Below are positions 22,796-37,278 of a DNA stretch of 54,915 nucleotides, one piece after another. The stretch lies in contig CAUYUJ010000201.1 of assembly GCA_963575745.1 (NCBI GenBank), positions 62,001-116,915 on the forward strand, read 5' to 3'. Below the pieces are notes generated by a model. The model made no database searches and was not told where the DNA came from. It worked only from the letters and a program-made list of their open reading frames with translations. The first letter of the stretch is position 1. Each line of letters opens with the position of its first letter. The stretch is from Prorocentrum cordatum. Lineage: Eukaryota. Both the position numbers and the translations under genes were made by a program.

Positions 22796-24829
22796 GAAGC
22801 ATCGACGCGAAGGACCCAACTACATTCCAACACTTCCCCGACCTTGAGGCGTTCGGATTCGCAGGGATCTCCCCGGGCCCCCTACTCGCACGGGATTTTT
22901 CTGACATCATACGCTAGACCCATAAAAAAACACCCTTTATGGGATCACAGGCGTGCGACATCACATCCAGGACCTCGAGTCACCCCTACTAGCTCACGGG
23001 ATTACGCCGACGAGTCACAGCTACTATAGATGTTTTTCTTTTTTTTCTGGGGGACATATGAAGTACACCACAAAAAGTGTCCATGATACTCCTGTACATA
23101 TGTAGCACGCGCGCTATGACTATTGATCATGTCACACACGCGCACATTTTTTCCTACTACCCAGGGGCATGTGGGGGTGCAGCGCCCTTCGCCCCCCCAC
23201 CGAAACCCTCCCGTGGGGAGCAAAACCTCTGTCCCCCCACCGCCCTCACTTTTCAGCCCGAAGGCTCCTTATTCGATTCCCAGAGGAGTAGGAGGAAAAG
23301 GAGAGAGGAGAGAGCGGAGGGAGGCGGGAGGGACAATTTCCCAAGAGGGCTTGCTTTCTGTAAAAATGTCTGTAGATAGATGGTTGTGGTGGTTCTCTTT
23401 GATTTCGCTGAGGCGCAAGCGCCATGACAGCCTTCCTTGGTCGGGAAATCCTTCCCCCACCCCGTACTGCCGACGCCGACGGCGCACAAAATTGCAAAAT
23501 CGAGGCTCAGACACCGTGGTAGATTTCGGTATCCAGAACGACTCAACGATGGTGCAAAACATGGCCTTCAACTCGGCGGGCGGTCTTCGTGAACCCCAGG
23601 CCCTTCTTCGGTGGGGCCAGGTTTTGTATAGGGAGACCATCTGGCCCACGGGAGTTCTCCCAGCGCTTCGGACGAAGAGGCCCCTGGAGCTGGCGCATTC
23701 CCTCCTAAGCCGCCCTTCTGGGGCGCCTCAGAAGAACAAGCTCGCGTCTTCTTCGTATGGGCCGTCCGCGCTTGCACGCTGCGCGTCTGGTATGTGTGCG
23801 CGCAGGAACCAAATCTCAACACCAGCGGCTCTCGGAGGGGCTGGAGCGGGGAGCGCGAGGGTCTCTGGCCCCTCCGCCTCCGCCAGGAGAGGCACCCGCG
23901 AGCCCTGTCTCCTCCCTGTGTCGCACGGGCCAATCCCCGCCAGCGCGGCTTTCTCGGTGCCACCTGGCGAGAACGTGCTGAGACCAGTCCTCCCCCCCCC
24001 GATCCCCTCCATGGCGCGTGGCAGGAGGACGAGGAGGAGGAGGAGGAGGAGGAGGAGGAGGAGGAGGAGGAGCAGTCCCGGGACCCGTCAGCCAGCTTGC
24101 CTAGCGCAGAAGCACTACAGGCCATGCAGGCGTCTGCTCGGGGAGAACCCCGCGCCCGCCCGCAGGATCTGGAGGACGACGACGACGACGGCGAGGACAC
24201 AAGCACGGAGGTCGGCGGTTTCGGGGATGGACAGACCCCCCTTAGTAAAACGTGGTTTAGTGAAAACGACCTGAGGCCCAAACCTGGCGGGCGCAAGCCT
24301 GGAAAATAACGGCCACGGCGCCCTCTCGAGAACCGAAAACTGACAATTCACTAATCGACGTGTCACTGTTGGGGGTTCTGTCCGCCTCCGACGGTTCAAA
24401 GATGGGGCCCTAGGGTGGATCTACATTGTTTGATGCACCACGTCCTTCGGACCTCTAGAGGGCAGAAAATCCACCCCCATAAGAATCACCCCGACAAGTG
24501 AAGCCGTTTAGCAGACGCACCCAAAGAAGGAATCGAGCAGGACACGGCTGTTAAGCAAACGCCTAGGTCCGTCTAGTAAACGTCAGTTGTCAGGTCCAGG
24601 TGGCTTTTCCTCCCTCGAACCCCGTCCCTCAAGACCTCATCTTTGAACCACCGTGCTCGTCGTTCGTCCCCCCTGCGGCGTGCGCTCGTTCTCTGGCGCT
24701 CCAGCCCCCGCACCCTCCAGCTCGGCGGCGCCCTTCCTGCCCACCGCACGACGGCCCACACAGGCCAGCGCGCGCATCCTCGGTCGCGGGCCTGGGCGCC
24801 CCGGGGCCGCTCTCCTCCCACGCTTCCTG

Positions 24830-25090
24830 CGGGCCGCGCCCGACGGCCCGGGGCCCCAAGACGGCCCACGAGACCCTCACGACGGCCCCAAGACGGCCCC
24901 TTAGAGCTCCAAGGGTGGCGCCAAGGCGCCCAGAGAGGGACCCTGGACTGCCCAGACAGGGCCCCAAGACGGCCTCCGAAGGCCAAGAGGTCCCATAGAT
25001 GCCCCCGAAGGCCCCCAAGAGGCCCCCAAGAGGCCCCAGGAAGCTCCCAAGAGGCCCCTCAGAGGCCCCATAAAAAGCTACCAGGAAGCC
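24830..25090. repeat. Degenerate ~11-bp GGCCCCAAGA(C/G) array
   Basis: Directly visible; related to 8300-8715. Confidence 0.7.
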
Positions 25091-26149
25091 CCCCTACGCG
25101 GCCCGCTTTCGCACCCTGGGTCGAACTCGCCCGCTGCAAGATTTTCCCCAGGCCAGCAGTCGGTGCGCGGGTGTCTGCACCACGTCTCCGACTGAGGCCC
25201 CAGCCGTCCAGCCTGGGGCGCCTCGGGGACGCGCATGCTGGCACCCCCCTCGTGCAGGCCGCTTCCGCCAAGGGCGACATTGTCTTGCGCACATGCCGCG
25301 TCTGCTCGAAGCCTGCTCGAAGCCTGGAGCTGACGTTGATGCGCGGGCGCCCTCCCCACGCTCCCGGCCCAGGGCCGCCAGTCCGCGGCGCCTCACTGGG
25401 AGGCGAGCAGTCCTTCCCTCCCGCGTGGAACGTCGTCGACTGCCCGGACCCTCTGTCTGAGCCCGTGGGCAGACCCACCGCGTGAGCGGTTCGTGACCAG
25501 ACATCCGACCATGTTGCTCCTTCGATGCGCGGCCCCCGGAGTCCCAGGTCCTGCCCTGGAGGCAGGTCTTCGCCCCGGGCCCAGACACGGCCCCCAGAGG
25601 CCGAACTCGAGGAAAAACGCCTGGACCGAAAAGCTCAGATCGTCGGACTGGGTGCACAGTTTCTTCTCTTTCTTCCCCTTCTTCTTATTCGGCATCCGCT
25701 TCGGCCCCGTTGGGCGCGGATCGGCCCGCAACCATCTTGATGCTCTACCCTCTGATACTACCTAGCTCCTCCTCGACGCCGCCTTGGGCAGGAGGGCCAT
25801 CGCCATGACTGATCATCGCCATGCACAGCTTCTCGTCCCCGCGTGCTGCCGTTCGCGCGTGGACGCATCCGCCTGTCACCCTCCGGCACGCCGCCCGTGG
25901 GCCGTATATTCTCGCGGGTAGAGCCTGCTTCGGACGCTCGAGGGAGCGAAGAGGGAGGGGGGAGAGGGGACGAGAAGGAAGGGAGGAGGAGCAGGAGAAG
26001 GAGAACTACGAGACTACGAGGAGGAGGAGGAGGAGGAGGAGGAGGAAGAAGATGGCACGGAGGAGGAGCAGCAGCAGCAGGGATGTGGGAGACGTCATCG
26101 TGAGAGGAGGGAGGAGGGAGGAGAGAGGGAGGGAGATCGTTCGCATCGC

Positions 26150-26745
26150 CAATGCCACATATTTGATCAAAGATGGAGGCCCGATGCAGATACCGGCGAC
26201 GCCGTTGATTGGCACAGACGAGACTACCTGGCAAATTCCACTATGGACGAAAGGCGGTCGTGGTTCCACATTTGCACGGTCAATATCGACGCCAATGATG
26301 GTAAACTGTGACTACAGATTGACGCCGGCACTCGGGCAGGCCGGTGATCAGCAGCAGCGCGGGTGATAGAAGTGGTGTCCACCATGGGCGATTCGACCAC
26401 TGACAGGCCATTGGTGATAGGGACACTTATACCAGCATTCCGTTCCTCTGTCCATCACAGCTGAGGCGATGGCTCTTGCCGAATCGGCGCGGGTAATTTC
26501 CAGTTGGGTTATCACTAGCACACTGCCGTCACAGGAGCGCCTTAGGCTTTGCAAATACATGGAATTAAATGACGGAGGGAGGGAGGCGAAGCGAAACGAA
26601 GCGAAGCGAACGCTGGGTCGTGCGAGCGCCATGGTGTGGAAGATGTGGCCTCGACATGGAAGATCTCAGATTCAGGCTTGTGAAACGCATGCCGCATGCC
26701 CGCTCATCTGAGGTCCATCACTCTGTGCGCCAGGCGGCACCAAGC
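26150..26745 (+). mobile_element. Decayed 3' fragment of a non-LTR retrotransposon (RNase H-like remnant)
   Basis: Hand translation gives VDWHRR-DYLANSTMDERRSW...LQIDAGTR..*SAAARVI...SITAEAMALAE with stops and a frameshift. The fragment is flanked by (GGA)n tracts. Confidence 0.45.
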
Positions 26746-26815
26746 GGAGGAGGGGGGAGGACGAAGAACGAGGAGGCGCGGAGGAGGAGGAGGAGGAGGA
26801 GGAGGAGCAAGGGCC

Positions 26816-27958
26816 TCAGGACAGGCCGGCTTCTATACCGCTCTGAATCATGGCCAGCTTCCGCTCCAGGAGCACGGACATCATCGCGGTGGCAGCCTGC
26901 GCCTCCGTGCCGGCCCGCCTCAGCGCGGGGAACCTGAGCCGCCAACCGCTCGGGGTTGCGAGGCGCCTCTCGGGAAGCAGGACGGGAGCCGAGGAGAAGA
27001 GGCGGCGGGAGGAAGAGGAGGGAGGAGTCTTCGCCTCCCCTCCCCCTCCTTCTCATCCTTCTGCTTCCTCCTCTTCCTCCTTGTCCTCATCCTCCTCGTC
27101 CTCCACACATCCTCCTCGATGCCCAGGCCCTGAGGGCCCCACCTCCCCACACCACCCCACCCTTCGCCCAAATCCGCCGACTTGAAGTCGAGGCACCCCT
27201 CCACCGTGGCCAGGCGCAGCAGAAGAGCCGGCGGACGTGGCGTAGGCCCAATGCATCGCTCCCTCCTTGGCCTTCTCCTCCGCATCGTGGAAGCTCTCCA
27301 TAGCACCCTCGAGGACGTTGAGCTGGCTTGCGCAGGTCATCCGCTTGGCCTCCCTGGCCCTCCACAGCAGCCTGTGGTTGGCCTCCTCGATGTCGCCGTT
27401 GGCCTGCACGACGGCATCGTCTCTCTCCTTCTGCACCTCCACCTCGCGGATCTGCTCCTGGATCTCGGCGGCCTTCTCGGAAGCATAGTCCATGATGCCC
27501 TTCCTGGCGTTGTCGACCATCCACTGGGGCACCTCCTGATTCTGCACCTTCAGCTCGTGAGCCTTGCAGGCCGCCCAGCGGTTTGACCACCTGTCGTCTT
27601 CCTTCACCAGCTCAATCATCCACTCGGGCGTCTCCTTACCCTCCGCCTTCAGGCGCTTGACCTCCGACACGGCCCACTTGAGCTTGCCCCTGTTCTCGTC
27701 ATCGGTCACGATCTTGTCCATCCACTCGGGGATCGTCTGGTTCTCCTCGCGCAGCTTCGCCGCCTGCTTCTTGGCCCACTGGAGAGTGGCGTGCTGCTGC
27801 ATGCGCTCTTTCCGCTGCTGCCAGGTCAGTTCGGTCTCGTTCTTGCACCACTCCGGTGCTTCCTCCAGGGAGCTGAAGGACGAGACCACGCCCAGCATGC
27901 CCGTCGCTGTCGCGGCACTGCCCAGCATTGCGGAAGCGAAGAGCAGTGCAAGCGACAT
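26816..27958 (-). CDS. Putative secreted helical-repeat protein, two exons, one apparent frameshift
   Basis: GCCGCCATG start and hydrophobic N-terminus MSLALLFASAMLGSAATA. Three ~33-aa repeats WA..A..L..E....P.WM...V..D are followed by a coiled coil, with strong GC3 bias. After a 1-nt shift near 27230 the frame ALLLRLATVEGCLDFKSADLGEG splices (phase 2, GT 27160..AG 26934) to FPALRRAGTEAQAATAMMSVLLERKLAMIQSGIEAGLS*. Confidence 0.7.
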
Positions 27959-28037
27959 GGCGGCTGGTCAAGGTGGGGGCACAACCAATCAAATATATGA
28001 TATATAGAAGCCAGTGTGGGTCCCACGGCACAAGCGG

Positions 28038-28059
28038 CTTGCGCTAATATGACTACTAG
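28038..28059 (-). other. Degenerate spliced-leader relic ~80 nt upstream of ATG 27958
   Basis: CTAGTAGTCATATTAGCGCAAG versus TCCGTAGCCATTTTGGCTCAAG: 15 of the last 19 nt match without gaps, on the same strand as the gene. Confidence 0.6.
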
Positions 28060-28249
28060 CCGGCCGCTCTGCGATTGATCGGGAATTTCTGTATATAGAA
28101 AAAGGGGCGTGCGCTTGTGGGCGAGAGGAGAATGAGCGGGAGGCGGTGGTGCGGCGGCTGAGGATGAAGAGGTTGAGGATCAGGAGAGCGAGGCTCGCGA
28201 GAGCAAGGGTCACGCGGGCGAGGATCAGGCGAGCGTGGAGCAAGAGGGC

Positions 28250-28975
28250 CTCTGAAGGCCTCCTTGGGAAGCCTCCAGGTGTCCCACGCGAGAGCGCCGC
28301 ATTTCGCTGGAAACGGAACAGGGGGGCCTCTGAAGGCCTCCAAGCTCCAGGGGGCGGTTTTCTGAGGATGTCCACTCGAGGGCGCCAGTTTGGAATTCGC
28401 CAGCGGATTTCCTGGATCTCGCCGGAAACGGAACAGGAGGGGCTCTGAAGGCCTCCTCGGGGAGCCTCTGGGGGCCGGTTTTCTGAGGATGTCCCACGCG
28501 AAGGCGCCGGTTTGGAATTATTCCTCGCCAGATTTTCCGGATCTCGACGAAAACGGAACTAGGAGGGCCTTTGAAAGCCTCCTTGGGGATGCTGCGGGGG
28601 CGGGTTTTCTGAGGATGTCCCACGCGAAGGCGCCAGTTTGGAATTCGTCGCCGGATTCCCTGGATCTCGCCGAAAATGAAACAGGGGGGCCTCTGAATGC
28701 CTCCTTGGGGATGCTCTGGGGACTTGTTTTCTGAGGATGTCCCACGCGAGGGTGCCAATTTGGAATTCGTCCCCGGATTTCCCGGATCTCGCTGGGGAAT
28801 AGGGGGGCCTCTGAAGGCCTCCTCGGGGAAGCTCCGGTGGCCGGTTTTCTGAGGATGTCCCACGCGAGGGCGCCAGTTTGGAATTCGTCGCTGGATTTCC
28901 CGAATCTCGGCGGAAACGGATCAGGTTTGGAATTCGTCGCCGGATTTCCCGGATCTCGCCGGAAACGGAAAGGGG
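28250..28975. repeat. ~122-bp tandem repeat, ~6 copies
   Basis: TTCTGAGGATGTCC recurs at ~28360, 28481, 28607, 28729 and 28847, with a GAATTC in most units. Confidence 0.9.
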
Positions 28976-30461
28976 GGGCGGTTGGCGGGCTTCTTCTCTC
29001 GCGCGCCGGGGGTCAGGATGACGTGAGTTCCACAGAAACACCCGCAAACGAGAGGGGGAGAACGGAGACTGGGAGGCGAAGATGATGGTAAGGATGAAGA
29101 GGAAGGTAAAAGGAGGAAGAGGAAGACGAGAAACCAGAATCTTCCGACCGACTTTCTCTCTAATGCTTACAGACGGTGTAAATTTTCTAATTGGCATCCT
29201 CCAGCATTCCTCCGACATTCCTCCTCGGTGCTCGTTGGAGCGAGCGGGGAGGAGGGAGCAGGGAGGAGAAAGAGGAAGGAGGGACCAGGCAAGGGAAGGG
29301 AGGGGAGGGAGGAAGCACCGAGCGGGCAGGAAGAGAGCAGGGGGGAGGGACGAAACAAAAGGGAGGCCGGAAGGCGGAGGCAGAAAGGAGGAGAGCGAAG
29401 GGCGGATTGGCAGCGCGCACAAACGAGCGGAGGAAGGGTCGAAGGCTTCTTGGAAGGAGGCGGCTTCTTAGAAGGCGCCAGCCTTACATCTACAGGTAAG
29501 GCCCGTGCCGTCTAAGCAGCAGGGGTGCTTCTAAGAAGCCCTCCACCCTCCCCCCACCCCACCGCGCGCATCTCTGATTGAGCATGGGAAGGACCAGTGT
29601 TCCGAAAACTACCCTTCTCCCAATGCCGTGCCTTGGCATGGTGGCATGGTCAACCACTCGCCCCCTGCACCCATCCTTCCAGCAGACAGCTCCAGCAGAC
29701 ACAGTGGCCGTCTCGGCCAGCATTCCCGCCAGATACGGCCGAGAGTCCTCCTCGGATCCTCGTTAGAGATTCTAGGCCCCTTCGGCAGTGCGCGTCCCAC
29801 TGCACTAGGAGTCCTCAACCTTCGCACATGCAGGCTGGCACTGCGCCCACACGCAGTGGGCCCCAGAACCGACAGCGCGCGAGAGTCGTGCAGCTCCCTT
29901 CCACCCACCCACCCCGGCAGCCTCGACCTTCGCACCTGCACGCTGGCACTGCGCCCACACGCAGCGCAAACAGATGGCGATGTGGACACGAGAAGCGACA
30001 GCACGCGAGAGGCCTTCTCGGGCCTTCCGCGAGACATCACTGCGGCCCAGAGCCGCTTGTACAGCCCCTGGGCGGCGCGGCTCGAAGCCGAACAGTGCGC
30101 GCAAGGAGCCAGTAACACGGCAGGTGCGAAAGCGGTCTCGGCGCGGCCCTGAGAGCGCCCGCCCAAACTCAGATTAACTGAACCGGCGAACGAACAACAC
30201 AGAGCCATACCTGTAGGTGGAACTCAGGGGGCTATGGGTGCGTGTTGCCGGACAGGGGCCCCCGCTCAAACGGGAGCCTCCCCCAGGGTCTGGAGCGGGC
30301 CGCGGCATTGCTTGCACCACTTCCACCACGCCAAGTTTTCGCCGCAGCCACATGTTTCGCATCGGACCAGCTGGCCCTGAACGAGAGAGCCATCCATGCA
30401 CGCAACCCGTTGCGCAAGATAGAGCGTCCACGGCCGCACGAGGGCTCGCCGTGGAGATCGT

Positions 30462-30476
30462 GAGAGAGAGAGAGAG

Positions 30477-30513
<37 letters not shown>
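30462..30513 (+). repeat. (GA)n followed by a long poly(A) run, possible retroposon tail
   Basis: Directly visible. Confidence 0.6.
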
Positions 30514-30515
<2 letters not shown>

Positions 30516-32054
30516 GCCTGGCTGCGGGGCAGCCGTCTTCGAGCCAGCCTTTGAAAGAAAATAGAGAAAAGGTAGAGGGGAAAAAGAAGAGTAAGAGGAG
30601 AAAGTGGAATAGAAATAAAAAGAAAAGAAGGGAAAAAGTAAGAAGGGGACAGATAAAAAGGCCTTTTGAGAGAGGTGTTAAAAGGGAGGGAGCGAGAGGT
30701 GGGCTGAGGGGAGGAAGTAGGTTAACTAGGGGGAAAGAGGGATGGAAGAATCAGGGGGAGAAATGTGAAAAGGGAGGAGGGAGGGAGGAGGCAAAAGGAA
30801 GAAGGGGGGGAGAAAGGAGAGAAGGATTAAAGAAGGCCAAAATGTTGAGCGGGCGAGAAGCCGTGTCCTCATCCTTCCTCTTCTCCTCCCTCCTCCTCCT
30901 CCTCCTCCTCCTCCTCCTTCTCGCTCGCCACGAGCACTAATATAGCCCCAGACATACAACAGGGCTGGCGCAATGAGCGCAGCGATTAAAGAAGATGAGG
31001 CAAGGGCCTTCTCGCGTGCTCCTTTTCGCATCGGCCGTCGCTGCTCCCCTGTCTCGCGCTCGGAGTGTGGGAGGCGCCGAGGCGAGAGCGCCATTCGGAA
31101 CGGCCGAAGACGTCCCGAGTGGAACAGAAAGCACATGTGTTTTCCACCACATTGTGGGAAACACTGTATGAAAAATCCGCACGTGGGAGGGGCAGATGTA
31201 GGGATGCCGTCGTGGGAGAGAGGAGAGTTGTACTCCGAATGAGTAATTGTACAGGGTGAGAGAGGGAAAAGGGAGGGGAGACAGGAGGGAAGGAGGGAAG
31301 CAGGCCAGAGCAGGTGGAGGATGAGGACGACAAGGAGATGCGAGTGCACATCTGGGCACACAGACGGCAACAGAGGCCCAGGTCCGGCCCGCGCGCGTGC
31401 TTCGGCCTTGTGGCCGGGCGGTGGCAGCTCCATGATGCGCAGCGTGGTCTGTGTGGTGCCCGTCTTGCGCTCGGTGAACGCGAAGACACCTCTCCGAGGG
31501 TGGGGGGCAAGGGCAGGAAGGGACAAGACAAGGCAAGCGCGCGATGTCGGTCCGACTGGACCGGCCCCAGAGGATGGCAGCGCGGGGGCGGAGCCATCAG
31601 GAGTCGGTCTGAGCTGGGAGAGCTCGCGTGGTGGAGGCTGAGACTTGGATGCACAGGGCACGGACGGAGTCAGATGGTGCGCAGCCAGGGGCGGAATGGT
31701 GGGGCAGGAGCAGGGGGGGCGGAGAGCGAGGGGAAGGGGCAAGGAGGGAAGGGGTGAAGGGGAACGGGGAGCGGGAGAACGTGGGAGCGAGGGTGATGGG
31801 TGATGGGTGATGGGGAATGGGACGCGGGAGGGGGGGATATATAGGCAGTGAGGCGGTTCTCATGATAGGCTACGGCGTGGGTGCCCACTGCCAACGGGCG
31901 AGCCTTGCCAACCGAGTACAGAGTACGGCGCGCGAGAGCAGCCTACGCAAGGAGGACGGCCAACTGGCAGCTTGCGAACAGCGCAGGGGCCTTGGAAATC
32001 CTGAGAGCCACGCCACTTAGAGCGATAAATCTTGATCCCAGGGTCGCCGCCGCG

Positions 32055-34137
<2,083 letters not shown>

Positions 34138-34989
34138 GAGTCCCAAGACAATTGAGAGACGAACAGAAAAAACAAACGCCGTTGTTAAGTCGATCCCTTC
34201 CCTTCCCTGCTGGGTGGGTGGGGATACGGGGGGAGGGCAGGGGTGGGGGGGCAGGGGAGGGGTAAGGGGGCGGGGGTCCCTGGTCAGATTGCCGCCCCCC
34301 AGAGGTGCTGGCGGGTCCCCAGGGGTGAACCCACCTGTTGGACAGGAGGGACAAGGAGGGGTTCCCCCTGTGGGGGGAGCTGGCCCTGGTCCCCAGGCCC
34401 AGGTCCCGACCCCGGCCCCGGCTGTGGCTCCAGCCCCAGCCCTGCCCCAGACCCGGCCTCGGCCCCAGCCCCAGGGTCCCGGGGGGAAGGCCCAGGGGCC
34501 CGGGGGAAGTCCCGCCTTCAGGGTCGGCGGCACCGGCCGTAAGGCCTTCACAATATAATGACTTGCTCTATCTCGCTGCCCCTCCGCGCAACAGATTCCA
34601 ATGTGTAGGCATCCCCAGCTGACGGGAGACGGACCACACGCGAGAGTAGAGAGGAGCGAGAAGGCGGACGAGGGAGGAAAGAGGACGGTGGAAGGAGGAA
34701 GGCGGAGGTAGGGTGGAGGAAGGAGGACGGCGGGTATAGGGAGGGTGGAGGGTGGAGGTCGACGCGGGAGGATGGAGGGCAGAGGGCGGAGAGCGACGGA
34801 CGGAGAGTGGAGGAGAGGAGAAAGGAGGGTGGAGCAGAGAGGGTGGAGGGAGAACAGACCGAGGGACCATCAACACCATAAACATCACCCTCGATTCATT
34901 ATCCTTATGAGCAACCCCTCCCTGTCGCACCCCGAGGCCAGTCGGAATGGCGGGCCATTTCACCACTTCTGTTCCTGAAGCTTAGAATG

Positions 34990-35717
34990 CAAGAACATCA
35001 CGGATTGAGGGCGGGTGGTTTTCAAAATGTGGCTCTCGCCTTAGCGCCGCGCACCATCTTAAAAATTGCAAGAGCTTCACAAATGGAGGGCGGGTAAATG
35101 TGGCTCTCGCATGAGCGCCGCGCACAATCGTCATTTAAACGTGCATGAGTTTCATGGATGGGAGGACGATCCTTTGCAAAATGTGGCTCTCGGCTTTGTT
35201 GACGTCCCAGAAACGGCGTTGTGGCACGATTTCGAAGCGCCAGGGCGCAATTGTTAAAATGATTCGTGGTGTTGAAGTCCCTGTAATGGTGTTCTGGTAA
35301 GAGTCAGGGTCGTCAAGACGAACAGGAAGGGTGATTTGCAGCGGTGAAGTCCGAGGAAAGGCGTTCTGGCACAATTCAGGATGTTTAAACGGTTGTTTTC
35401 AAACGGGGCACTTCTTTCAGTGAATGGCTTCTGACGAGGGAGCTTGGAGGGAGGGCGTATTGCAGCATCGTTGATGAGTCTTGGGTTTACACTGGTCCTT
35501 CTCCTTCTCCTTCTCCTCCTCCCGCGCCTCCTCGTCCGCCTTCGGATTGTTAAAAAAAGAGAAGGAAGGAGGCCACAACTTCGCGATCTGGCCACAGTGT
35601 GGCCGTGAACTGGCCACGGAGTCAACGAATAACCTGAACCGAAGATGATGAGCATTCGCTTAATCGCGCTCCCCTGTCTCCTCTTCCTCACCCTCCTCCT
35701 CCTCATCATCATCAACC

Positions 35718-35769
<52 letters not shown>

Positions 35770-36450
35770 CATCCTCATCCTCATCCTCATCCTCATCCTC
35801 ATCCTCATCCTCCTCATCATCATCATCATCATCCTCATCATCATCATCATCATCATCATCATCAGTTTTGATCAGAAATAATTCCTTTTTGCCGCATCCC
35901 CAGACATACAAGCAGGGCGGGTCAAGCGTTTTGCCTGAGAGATCCTCACCAAGTACAATCCTGAAGCTTAAACTTTGCAAAACCCTCAAGACTTGAGGGC
36001 GGGTCAGTTTCAAAATGTGGCTCCCGCCTTATCGCTTCGCACATTCGTCTTGAGAAGGTGCAACATTCTCAAGGATGGAAGGCGGGTCGCTTCCAAAGTG
36101 TGGAGTCGCCTTAGCGCTGCGCACAGTCGTGTTAAAAAGTCTGCAACAGCTTCAAGGATGGCGGGCGGGTCGTTGCCAAAATGTGGTTTGCGCCTTGGCG
36201 CCGCAAACATTCGCATTAAAGAATGCATCAGTTTCACGGGTTTGTATGGTTGAAGTACCAGGAAGGGTTTCTGGCACGATTTAGGACTGCCGAGGCGCAA
36301 CAGACACGTTGGTTCGCGGTGTTGAAGTCTGAGGAATGGAATTCTGCCACGATTTGAAATTGTCAGGACGCAACAGCCATGCTCATCCACGGCGTTGAAG
36401 TCCCAAGAACGGTGTCTTGGCAAAATTGAAGATTATCAGACGCTTGTCTC
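34990..36450. repeat. Dispersed/tandem repeat family with AAATGTGGCTCTCGCCTTAGCGCCGCGCAC core, plus (CAT)n at 35700-35862
   Basis: Core motif recurs at ~35025, 35097, 35179, 36013, 36096 and 36179; CTGGCACGATT and GTTGAAGTC motifs also recur. Confidence 0.7.
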
Positions 36451-36696
36451 CCGATGGGGCACTTCTCGCAAAGAAAACAACGGATAGTAGGGACGTGTGA
36501 AGAGGGAACTCGGAGGGAGGATGTATTGCAGCATCGTCGGCGCGTCCTAAGCTTACACTGGACTTATCTGTCTCATCCTTCTCCCCGTCCCTGTCCTCCT
36601 TTTGTTCTCCTCCACCTTAAATATGTATGCCTGGTTTCCTTCCGGTATCCTCCTTATCCTCTCCCCTCCTCCTCCTCCTCCTCCTCCTCCTCCTCC

Positions 36697-36871
36697 TGCA
36701 AAACCCCGAGGAGGGTTCTGCACGGGAGCCTGGCAACAATGATAACGATAGGTCACCTTTATACTCCCGAACGGCAAAGCAGGTCTATGTAGCTTCGACC
36801 GTTAAACACTTGAGCCAAAGGCAGCAGGGTTACTATTCCTCCCCTGTCACACGCACGCTTGCATGTTAACA
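36697..36871 (-). repeat. 3' LTR (175 bp, TG...CA)
   Basis: TGCAAAACC...GTTAACA, directly preceded on the minus strand by the polypurine tract GAGGGGGG (36879-36872). It is homologous to 47323-47567 (shared CACCTTTATACTCCC, GGTCTATGT, AACACTTGAGC, AGGGTTACTATTC). Confidence 0.85.
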
Positions 36872-37278
36872 CCCCCCTCGGACGCCAGTCCGCATTGGCT
36901 GACGGGGAGGTGCCTATAAACGCAAAGACAGGTTAAATCAAGCAACAGGCTGCATGGACATCGTTATACTACCGAATTCGAAATATCTCATAACAACGTT
37001 CACGAGCACCACGTCTCTCAGACATGCAACGTGAGCTCAAGTAAACATTCAATCAGTTACGAGTTTAAATGTAGCATCCAAAGTTCACACGGCAGGCTAG
37101 CATTTATATGGTTTTGATTGTTTTCGCTTTTTATGCGCCAATACCTGCGGTAACCATAAAATATGCACCTGCAAATAGATTCAGCTCAATAGTCTACTGC
37201 AACGCTATTGTTAAGCCTGGTTGAGAGGGGAGATGAGAGAGAGCGTAAAAGAAAAGCATGCCGGTCACCTGTCACCGT

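Noticed and set aside
23123..24309. 383-aa and 171-aa ORFs with poly-R or poly-E
   Set aside because: Driven by a (GAG)n tract and high GC, with no recognisable domain.
22900..24600. Candidate right terminal inverted repeat of the hAT-like element (e.g. CCCTAGGG at ~24408)
   Set aside because: No partner sequence in the window, so no boundary can be supported.
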